The notes beneath the pieces were generated by a model. It saw only the letters and a list, made by a program, of their open reading frames with translations. It was not told where the DNA came from and made no database searches. This document shows, piece by piece, positions 1 through 10,968 of a stretch of DNA of 64,000 bases; position 1 is the first letter of the stretch; every line of letters starts with the position of its first letter. The DNA is from Lama glama (taxonomy: Eukaryota), in contig CM052816.1 of the NCBI GenBank assembly GCA_028534125.1, positions 80,974,001-81,038,000 on the forward strand, in the 5' to 3' direction. The position numbers were made by a program, and so were the translations under genes.

Positions 1-574
1 GACACCCTATGGAATGGGAGAAAATATTTGAAAACAATGTGACTGACAGAGACTTAACTTCCAAATAGCTCATATAACTCAATAACAAAAAACAAACAAC
101 CCAACCAAAAAATGGGCAGAAGACCTGAACAGACATTTCTTCAATGAAGACATATAAATGGCCAATATTCACATGAAAAGATGTTCTGCATCACTAACTA
201 TCAGAGAAATGCCAATCAAAACTACAATGAGGTATCACCTCACACCAGTCAAATGGCCATTTAAAAATTCCACAAATGATAAATGCTGGAGAGAGTGTGG
301 AGAAAAAGGAACCCTCCTATACTAGGAATGTAATTTGGTGCAGCCCACTACGGAAAACAGTATGGAGAATCCTTAAAAAACTAAAACTAGAGTTATTATA
401 TAATCCAGCAATCCAACTTTCGGGTATATTTAGAGAAAATTCTAATTGGAAAAGATACATGCACTCCAGTATTCACCATAGCAGCACTATTAGCAATAGC
501 CAAGACATGGAAGCAACTTAAATGTCCATCAACAAATGATTGGATAAAGACGTTGTGTTGTGTATGTGTGTGTG

Positions 575-614
<40 letters not shown>

Positions 615-1055
615 CACACATATATATATATATACGTATATATTTACAATGAAATACTACTCAGCCATAAAAAAGAATGAAATAATGCCATTTGCAGCAA
701 CATGGATGGATCTAGAAATTATCATACTAAGTGAAGTAACTCAGACAGAGAAAGAAAAACATCATACAATATCACAGACTCACAGACATGGAAAACAAAC
801 ATCATTATCAAAGGGAAATGGGTGGGGAGGAATAAGTTAGGAGTCTGGGTTAGCAGTTACAAATTACTATATATAAAATACATAAACAACAAGGTCCTAC
901 TGTATAGCACAGGGAACTATATTCAATAGCTTGTAGTAACCTATAACAAAAAAGGATATAAAAAAATGAATATATTTATATGTATAACTGAATCACTATG
1001 CTATACATCAAAAACTAACTCAATGTTGTAAATCAACTATATTTCAAATTAAATC
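1..1055 (+). mobile_element. L1 3' end (ORF2 C-terminus and 3'UTR), cetartiodactyl type; runs off the window start
   Basis: ORF2 C-terminal peptide remnants ([50 protein letters not shown]) and the 3'UTR motif aacaacaaggtcctactgtatagcacagggaactatattcaa...ttgtaaatcaactat. Confidence 0.95.
554..645. repeat. Compound (TG)n/(TA)n microsatellite inside L1 ORF2
   Basis: Directly visible tgtgtg and tatata runs. Confidence 0.95.
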
Positions 1056-1062
1056 AATCAAT

Positions 1063-3503
1063 CACTGTACTCAGCAATAGCACTCTTTTCAATTATACCC
1101 TAGAACATTTACTAAGATAGGCCATATTCTGGGCCATAAAACCAAGTCTCAAATTCAGAAAGATTCAAGTCATATAAACTATATTCTCTGACTGCGGTGG
1201 AAATAAATTAGAAATCAATGAAAGAAATAGATCTGGAAAAATCTCTAGATAGAAAAAAATTAAACCTAAATAACACTATTATTTGACCCATGGGTCAAAG
1301 AAGAAACCAAAATGGAAATTAGATAATATTTTGAATTGAATGAAAATTAAAAACACAATTATGGAATGTTGCTAAAGCATCTAATAGAGGAGAATTTATA
1401 GCATTAACTGCCTATTGTTGAAAATAAGAAAGGTTTCAAATCAGTAACCTCAGCTTCCACCTTAAACCAGCTAAAAAGTAAACTAAAACTAAACCGAAGG
1501 AAGGAAATAATAAATATTATAATGAAAATGAATTAAAAGAAAAGCAATAGAGAATATCAGTGAAACCAATAACTGATTCTGTAAGAAGACCAATAAAATT
1601 AATAAAACTCTAGCCTGACTGACCAGGAAAGAAGAAAGAAGACATCAATTGCTCATTTGAAAAGTGAGAAGTGGTATCATTATAGATTCAGACTCTACAG
1701 ACATTAAAAATATAAGGGGATATTATGAACTTTATGTCAATGATTTCTACAACATAGACGAAAGAGATAAATTACTTGGGAGTACGAACAACCAAAACTC
1801 AATCAAGAAAAAAGCAGATAATTCAAATAGCCCTGTCTAGTAAGGAACTGAATTTGTAGTTAAACTTTCCAATAAACAAAACTCCAGGCCCAATTCCTCA
1901 CTGGAGAACTCGACTAAACTTTAGTGGAAGAAATATCAATTCCACTCAAATTCTCCCAAAAACATTAAGAGAAGGGACTATTTTATAAATCATTCTATGA
2001 AGCCATAATTGTTATGATACCAAAACCAAATAAGACATTATAGAAAATACGTCTTCAGACCAGTATCCCTCATGAACATAGACATAAACATTGTTAAGAA
2101 ATGTTTACCAAATCAAATCATGACCAAGTGGGGTTTATCCCAGGAATACAGAGTTAATTGAGCATTTGAACATCAATTAAAGTAATTCAACATATTAAAA
2201 GACTAAAAAGAAAAATAACACTTTATCTGTATAAATGCAGGAAAAAAAACAACATTTGACAAATCAAATATTCATTCCTGATGAAAACTCTCAGTAACTT
2301 AGGAATAGGAGGGAACTTCTTCAACATGATAAAGAGTATCTACAAACATGCTATTGCTGGCATGATACTTTAATGTTGAAAGACTAGTTTTTTTCCCTTA
2401 AGATCAGGAACAAGATATGGATATTCATTCCCATCCCTTGCTATTCAACATTAATACTAGATGGTCTAATCTCTCTTAAGAGAGAGAAAAAAATCAGCCA
2501 AATTGAAAGCAAGTAAAATTGTCTTTTTTTCCCAGATAAATGACCATCTATGTAGAAAATCCAATGGACTCTACAAAAAAAGCTATTAGAACTGGTAAGT
2601 TAATTTAGCAAGACTTCAGTATTATCAATATATAAAAATCAATAGTAGTTTTATATACTAATAATGAACAGTTTAAAGTTGAAATTTAAAAATATCATTT
2701 ACACTTGCATAAAATATGAAATATATCTGGCCAATATTATATAAGACCTGAGTGCAGAAAACTGTAAAATGTTTCTGAGAGAAATTTAAGAAAACCTAAA
2801 TGTACATTGTCCATGAATCAGAAGATTGTTAAAATACCAATTAAGGTATTGTTAACATATCAATTCTCCCAAATTAATCTATACATTCAATGTAATCCCA
2901 ATCAAAATCCCAGCAAATTTTTATGTAAAAATTGATAAGCTGATTCATATGGGGGGGAGGAATCCATAGAAATGCAAGACCTAGCATAGTCAAAACAACT
3001 TTGAAATGGTTGGAGGTCTAATACCATCTGACTTCAAGACTTACACTAAAGCTACAGTAATCAAGACAGTGTAGTACTGGCATCAAGAAAGATAAATTAT
3101 CCAGACCAATGAAACAGAATAGAGTTTAAAATAAACCACATATTTGGATGACTGTTTCTTGACAAGGGAAATGCAGTGGAGAAAAGGTAGTCTTTTAGTC
3201 TTTTCAGTAAATAATGCTAGAATAATTGAACATCCATATTCAAAAAAAATAAAGAAAAGAAAAGAAAAGAAAAAGACTTCTATTTCATATCTTGCACCAT
3301 AACAACAAAGAAATAGATCATAGACCTAAATGTAAAACCTAGAACCATAAAACTAGAACAGAAGAAAATACAGGAGAAAAAAAATGTGACTGAGTTAAGC
3401 AAAGAGGTTTTAGGTACAACCAGGGAGTACTCGGCAAGTAGTCATCCAAATGCTCCATGAAGATTATCATTGAAAACAGCAAACATTTCTTCATTGCAAA
3501 AGA
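1063..3503 (+). mobile_element. Old, decayed L1 (L1M class) ORF2 segment covering the late endonuclease, the RT domain and beyond
   Basis: L1 landmarks in order: ccatattctgggccataaaac, tgggtcaaagaagaa, catgaccaagtggggtttatcccagg, aagatcaggaacaag, atacattcaatgtaatcccaatcaaaatcccagc; many stops and indels. Confidence 0.9.
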
Positions 3504-5919
3504 TGGGGCACCGCATGGAGCCCGGTTTAAGAAATATTGTTCTAAGCTGTGTGTAATACTGAGAAAAAGTTCCTTTTCTATGGTCAAATAAACTAGGGAG
3601 ATAAGATTGTTTGGCAATGCAGACCATAATATCCCTCCTGTTTAATGATAAGAAAAGATAAGATCATTTTGGTTTGCATTAATCAAAACCACTTAGTGTA
3701 GGACATTACACCTTACTTTTTTCTGCCCTGGTAGCCAGAAACTTTCTTTCACATCCCACAATACACAGAAAAGAGTTCTTTCAAAATTTTAGCCATTATG
3801 TTTTCTCCTAATGCAGATTCTATTTATGGTTAAAAACAACAAAAGCACAAACTAAACCACAATCTAAAACCTACTTGTTAGAAACACCACACATGAACCT
3901 TCTGCATTATTATGCATACATCGGTAATAGCGCTTTTCAGCTGTCAGCTATTTTTCAGGCAAATATTTAAGATTTCTGATGATAAGCACTGCGGTGGGGC
4001 TCAGTTTGCTCCTCTATGTTGGCCTTTTCCATCACCGTGGCCTTGGTAAGCGCTGTGGCCACACAGCACATGGCCTATGATGTAATACTCTTTCGGCCAA
4101 CACAATCTGATCTTCTTTAATAGGTTATGTTGTGAATAATCAGCATTCCCAAATATTGCTGAAATACTAGCTTTAAGAGAAGTGTTTTTATTTTAGCATA
4201 CATTCTGGACAACCCTGTACTGCACTTTGTCCATCAGAAAGAATGAAGAATATGCAAAAACACAAAAAGGCCATATTAGCAGTTGTATATTTTAAACAGT
4301 AACTCACAGCTCTCCAAGAGACTATAGATTATAGAAGCTCTCCACCTTCAGTTTTGCAATATCGCCTCACACTTGCCCCACTCTCAGATTTCTGTTCCTT
4401 TCAACAGATACTGGTATCCTATCTAAGTTTTTTAACTTTAATTTGTTTGATAGAAATCAATGCCTTTTTAACTGGAGCATACCAATCATATCTCCATCTC
4501 TTCTAAATGTTGCTAAACAGCTACTGTTTCACTGAAAATGTGCTCTTAGAGGTTTTTAGGATGTTTGCTTCCACCTTAAATGCCTCCAGACTGCTTGTTT
4601 GTTTTTGTTTGTTTGTTTTCTCTCCCATCTACATCACTGTTATTTGTCACTGTGGGTCACCCAAATTGTTCTTGACTTATAAAAGCCCTTTTTTTGTGTG
4701 TTCTGTAATTTGTTACCTCCAGTGTACACTTGGGTTGGAAGTCAGATTACTCATCCTATTAAAATTCTATATAAAATAAAAATTGACTCTGACTACATGT
4801 CAGAGGGTCTCTTTAGAGGACTGAAAGCCTGAGTTTATTTGCTAGAAGCTTCTTCAGTACCTCAGAGGTCTTTCCTCTTCTTTTCAGGTACTTGTTAGCA
4901 ATAGCTAGAAATGAAAGATGACTGACAAGTGAGTCACTATCACAATAGAATAACTAAGAAAGCAGGATACTGAAAACTACAAGCCACAGCACTAGTTACA
5001 CAGTAGTGTTACAGGCCTTTATGAAAGTCAGAGTTGACTCCCTTTGTATCTCCTGTTGGCAAATGCTTATGGTATGAATTGGAAGCCACACTAAAAAGCC
5101 CTGTAGGCTTCCTGCAGTCCTCCAAGTCCAACAGAATAGACAGAGATTTCATTCTTCTTAAGTGTTACATTGCCAAGAATGCCTGTTGAATTGCAAATAT
5201 TCCTGGGAGTGACATCACATTTAGCTAATCAGCTGTCAATATCTGACTATGAAATGGTTTGTCCAATTAGGCACCATACAAAGCCCTGACAGGACATACG
5301 GCTGGTAAATTCTGAGAAAGAAGGGAGTGGGGCTTGAGAGCCAGCCTGAGGGTGCTGGTGCCTAGAAATGGAAGGATGAAGAGAAGTCAGTCCAGTAAGG
5401 AAAAGGGAAAAGAAAGTATTGTGCAACTTCACTTCCTTCATGCTTTTGCCAAAGATAGCTGTGGATATATGCATGCTTGTTTTATGATCTCTTTCAAAGG
5501 TTATATGAAAAAAAGTCATTGCAATTCTTATAGATCTTATTAGAAATAAAAATTTCTCACTCTTCAGCATTTTCCTGAATCTTTATAAGTCTGTTAGACT
5601 CATTCAGACATAATTTCAAACCAAAAACACTTCAAAACATAGATTCCCTTAAGGGAGCTGAGTACTTATTGAAAGGCTGCTGAGGAAAAGCAGTTCTTTG
5701 TATTATATATAAAGTATATTTTTCTACTTATTTAAATAAGTAGAAAAAATTTTCTTAGCAGAGACTGACCAGATATTCACTAAATTTGTTTGTTCTCCTA
5801 GGCACACAATTAAATTACATTTACCAGACCATTTATATTCCAGACTGTATAATTCTTACTCATAGAATGAATACAAGTGAAGAAATTAATGTAACTTTTC
5901 TGTATTTGTTTTCTCTTCT

Positions 5920-6120
5920 CTCCATCTGCTGGCTGGATGACCCTACGGCAACCTAAATAAGCCACAACTTGAAGGTAGTATGACCACAGCATAGGGAGAG
6001 CAGAGCCCCACTACTGACCCTCACTGGGTTATAAGTGAGACATAAACCTTTGTGGGGTTAAGTACTGAGATTTGGGGTTTGTTTATTTCAGCAGCTAGTA
6101 TCATTTAATCTTGATTAACA
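5920..6120 (+). mobile_element. MaLR (MLT1-like) LTR 3' fragment
   Basis: gtgagacataaacctttgtggggttaagtactgagatttggggtttgtttatttcagcagctag resembles the MLT1 3' end. Confidence 0.6.
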
Positions 6121-6349
6121 AAGCTGTTTTCAAAAAAAGAAAAGCATACATTATATTTGGGTAAAACACAGGGGTTCCCTCATTCATGGACTCTTTGAGC
6201 CAAAATAGCAATGTGTGATGATGCCTACTTAGTAGGTACTGATATCTTATGCTTCAATTTTTAATGCTCTCAAAACACTCCACGGGCCCACAGAAGAGGC
6301 TAGGGGTCACACTATACAATGTCAGCTCTGCCGATCATGGGTAACACAG

Positions 6350-6607
6350 GAATAGCATTAGTCTTAAGAAATGGGCCTCAAGCTGAGACTCTTGTACATG
6401 GTTTGAATTGTGGTCATGCCACTGATTAATCATCTTATCTTGGGCATGTTGTTTAGCACCTCTGTGCCTTGGTTTTCTCACCTGTAGAATGAAAAAATAG
6501 TACTGCCAACCTTGGATAGTGAAGATTAACTGAGTGATATACACTAAGTGCTTAGAATAGTGCATGGCACATAGCAAGTATTATATGAGTGTTTGTTACT
6601 GTTATTA
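6350..6607 (+). mobile_element. MIR SINE
   Basis: Core ctctgtgccttggttttctcacctgtagaatg and tail gtgcttagaatagtgcatggcacatagcaag. Confidence 0.85.
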
Positions 6608-6721
6608 ACTAGCCAAATGGCCCTGAGATCACGTATGTTTCTGAATATTAATTTCTGTATCTGAAAAGCAAATCTGGTAAAACCTCTCTGTCACTGATAA
6701 AGAGGGGTAATAATACAGTAC

Positions 6722-6888
6722 TTTGGCAGATTGTTCATTAATGGCCCTCAATGAATCCTATGTCTGGTACCTACATCCTGATGTAGTCCTCTCCATAGAC
6801 GCTGGGGTTGGCATATGACTTGCTTTGGTCAATGAAATATCAACAAATATGACATAAAAAAGACTTAATAAGCAATTATGTATTGAGG
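6722..6888 (+). mobile_element. MLT1-like LTR 5' fragment, ending where the adjacent L1 begins
   Basis: ctggggttggcatatgacttgctttggtcaatgaaat motif. Confidence 0.55.
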
Positions 6889-8525
6889 TTTAATCCGTAG
6901 ATTCAACAAAATCTCAGTCAAAATCTCAGCAAGTTATTTTGTGGATATCAGCAAACTGATTCCAGAATAGCCAACAGGATATAGAAGAACAAAGTCAGAG
7001 GGCTGACTCTACTCAGTTGCAAGACACGATAAAAGTAAAATAATCAAGACAGTGCAGTATTGGTGAAAGAATAGACAAATGAATCAATGGACCAGAACAG
7101 AAAACCCAGAAATAGACACAAATAAATATAGTCAACAGATTTTTGGCCAAGGAGCAAAGGCAATACAATGGAACAAAGGTATCTTTTCAAACGGTGCTAG
7201 AACAACTGGACATCCACATGTCAAAAAAAACAAAAACAAAAAAACTAGACACAGATCTTACACCTTTCACAAAAATGAACTCAAAATGGATCAGACCTAA
7301 ATGTAAAATGCACAGTTTGATCAAACTCCTAGAAGATAGCATAGGAAAAAACCTAGGTGACCTTGCATATTGCAATGACTTTTTAGAAACAACAGCGGAA
7401 GTACAATTTATGAAAGAAATAATTGGTAAAAACTAGATTTCATGAAAATTAAAAGCTCCTTTGTGAAAGATACTGTCAAAAGAATGAGGAGACCATCCAC
7501 AGACTGGGAGAAAATATTTACAAAGGATACATCCAATAAAGGACTGGTATCCAAAATATACAAAAACTTTTAAAACTCAACAATAAGAAAGCGAACAACC
7601 CAATTTAAAAGTGGGCAAAAGATATGCACAGACACCTCACCAAAGAAGATGGCAAATTAGAATATGAAAAGATGCTCAGCATCATATGTCATTAGAAAAT
7701 TGCAAATTAAAACAACAGTAAGATACCATTACACACCAAAATTCAAAACACTGACAATACCAAATGATGATGAGCATGTGGAGCAACAAGATTTCTTATT
7801 CATTGGTAGTGGACTACAAAATGGTACAATCACTTTGGAAGCCAGTTTGGCAGTTTCTTACAAAACTAAACATTTTCTTACCATCTGATCCAGCAATTAT
7901 TATTTCTTCATATTTACCTCTATGAGTTGAAAGGATGTTTACAGAAGCTTTATTCATAATTGCCAAAACTTGGAAGCAACCAAGATGTCCTTCAGTAGGT
8001 GAAGAGATAAATAAACTATGATACATAAAGACAATAGAATATTATTCAGCACTAGAAGGAAATGAGCTGTTAAGCCATGAAAAAAAATGGAAGAAACAAA
8101 TGGATATTAACTAAGTGAAAGAAGCCAATCTGCGAAGACTAAAACTGTATGATATCAGCTCTGTGATATTCTGGAAAAGCAAAACTATGGAAACAGTAAA
8201 AGAATCAGTGATTACCAAGGGTTAGCAGTAAAATTACTCTATATGATACTGTTATGATGGATCCATGTTAATAAATGTTTGTCCAGACTCATAAAATGTA
8301 CAACACCAAGAATAAACTGCAATGTAAACTGTGGACTTTGAGTGACAGTAATGTGTCAAAGTAGGTTCCACAATTATAAAAATCTACCACTCCAGTGATT
8401 TTGATAGTGAGGGATGCTGTATGTATATGGGGGTAAGGAATATATGGGAAATCTCTGTACCTTCTCCTCAGTTTTTCTGTGAGCCTAAAACTGCTCTTAT
8501 ACAATAGTCTAGTTAAAAAAAAAAA
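6889..8525 (+). mobile_element. 5'-truncated L1 (L1MC-like) with 3'UTR and A-tail
   Basis: ORF2 remnants (NQWTRTENPEIDTNKYSQQIF; LDTDLTPFTKMNSKWI), 3'UTR gggaaatctctgtaccttctcctcagtttttctgtgagcctaaaactgctct, and an A-run at 8515-8525. Confidence 0.9.
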
Positions 8526-9474
8526 CTGGGACAATTTATAAAATATAATATTGAGCCTCAAGTATGTAGCAAGAACCATGGCAGGCATGGTGGAGGGTGG
8601 GGCAGGAAGGAAAGGAGTTGCATATACGCAAGAGGAAATAGATGATTTGTATCCTAAGTAACCATACTCTAGTTAGAAAGACAAGACACAGTAAAAATAA
8701 ACCAAACACCTAGCTACATCTCCCCCAACCCCCACCAAAAACCTTCTCTGGATATGTGACATTTATTTGTACATACAACTTAGAATTTTATCCATAATCT
8801 GTAAAACACAGAAAATTACACAGTGGGTTGAAAACAAAAAATAATTCCAGGGCCAGTTACAGAAATGAGTAAAGTGGGGCAGTATATAATATAGTAGGGA
8901 CTAGCAGAGTGGTGGGGTTAGGGTAGAGATGTGGCGAAATTGGAGCATGCTTGCTCTGCCTGGAGTTCACATTGATACCAAAAGCCAAATCAAACTAAAA
9001 CAAAGAAAATTTTAAAATAAATGTTTATAATTCATTGCACTGTTAATCATGGACTTATTTTCCCTAAATACAGGCTTTAAGTACCTCTCAATACAAAGCA
9101 TTTTGAGAAACAGAATATTGTTGGTAGTAAATTTAGAAAGAGAGAATTTAACGCTTAACATATATTGTGTATGATATTTACATGGTGGGTTTTTACTTAG
9201 TTCTGCTTCTGTGTATCAATGAGAATGACACTACAGTAATGCTAATAATAAAAGACCTTAAGAATTAAAAAAAAAAAAGCACAGCTCATGCCTGCTAAAC
9301 AAAACAATTCTGTCAGATGTGATCTCTATCCTTAACTACGTTCTTTGAAGACTAGGCCACCAATCAATTAAGCAATACCTATTGAATATTTAATTGCTTG
9401 GGGAAGAACTGGCAGAGTAGATAAATCACATAAGAACCAAAACATTAAATAACTTGAGTTGACAATGAGTTGTT

Positions 9475-9748
9475 TCATAGTCAAGAGGTATGATGACTAA
9501 ATGTAATATGATATCCTGGATGGAATCCTGGAACAGGAAAAGAACGTTAGGTAAAAACCAAGGGAATCTGAATCAAGTATGGACTTCAGTAAATAATGAT
9601 ATATCAATATTGGTTCATTAATTACCATAAATATATTTATACTGTACTAATCTGTTATTTATATGGAGTATGTGGGAACTCTCTGTACTATCTTTGCAAT
9701 TTTTCTGTAAATCCAAAACTCTCCTAAAAGATTAAGTTTTTCAAAAAT
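9475..9748 (+). mobile_element. L1MC/MD-type 3'UTR fragment
   Basis: atcctggatggaatcctggaacaggaaaagaac...gggaactctctgtactatctttgcaatttttctgtaaatccaaaact. Confidence 0.75.
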
Positions 9749-10065
9749 GAATTAATGACTAATTTGGGATAAATCCAGGCCTCTTGATTCCCAGACCTCC
9801 TTGCTTTTACCCACAGACACGAGTTTGTAATCTGTTTGTGTCATGGAAGCCTTTCTAATAAGCATAGCTGCATAAAAGATAAAGGATTACAGAGGAAATA
9901 AATGCTATTGAAATACTTTTATAACAGTAAAAAAACAAATTTGTGATATAATAATATGTATGTTGTTATTAATGCATCAAGTACAAGATCTAGTGACAGA
10001 TTTCTTACCTACTGTAATTTTGAAATGTGATGAATTTAAATGATAATTCAAGATACCTGCACCTA

Positions 10066-10478
10066 TAATTATTAGAGAAATGCAAATCAAAACCACAATG
10101 AGGTATCACCTCATACCGGCCATCATCAATGAGGTATCACCTCATACCAGCCATCATCAAAAAGTCTACAAGGATTGAATGCTGAAGAGGATGTGGAGGA
10201 AAGGGAACCCTCATTCATACACTGTTGGTGGAAATGTAAATTGGCGCAGCCACTATGGAAAACAGTATGGAGGTTCCTTTAAGAGCTGAAAATAAAACTA
10301 CTATATGATCTCACAATTCCACTCCTGGGTATATACTTGGAAAAAAAGGAAAACACTAATTCAAAAAGGTACATGCATGCACCTCAGTGTTCATAGTAGC
10401 ACTATTTACAATAGCCAAGACACGGAAACAACTCAAGTGCCCATCGACAGATCATCGGTTTAAGAAGATGTGAGATAC

Positions 10479-10532
<54 letters not shown>

Positions 10533-10968
10533 GACATTACTCAGCCATAAAAAAGAATAAAATATTGCCATTTGCAACAACATAGATGGACCTAGAGATT
10601 ATTATACTAAGTAAAGTAAGTCAGACAGAGAAAGACAAATATATGATATCACTTATATGTGGAATCTAAAAAGTAATACAAACGAATCTAAATACAAAAC
10701 AGACACAGACTCACAGATATAGAAAATAAACTTACAGTTGCCAAAGAGGGAAGGGATAAACTAGGATTATGAGATTAACAGGGACAAACTACTATATATG
10801 AAATTAACAAGCAACAAGGATTTACTGTACAGCACAGGGAACCATATTCAATATCTTGTAATAACCTATAATGGAAAACAACCTGGAAAATATATATATA
10901 GCTGAGTCACTTTGTTGTACATCTGAAACTAATACAATATTGTAAATCAACTATACTTCCATTCTAAA
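10066..10968 (+). mobile_element. 5'-truncated cetartiodactyl L1 with a degenerate 16-bp TSD
   Basis: ORF2 C-terminus and 3'UTR motifs; TSD aagatacctgcaccta (10050-10065) versus aagatatctacaccta (10969-10984). Confidence 0.92.
10481..10532. repeat. Perfect (AGAT)13 microsatellite
   Basis: Directly visible. Confidence 0.97.
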
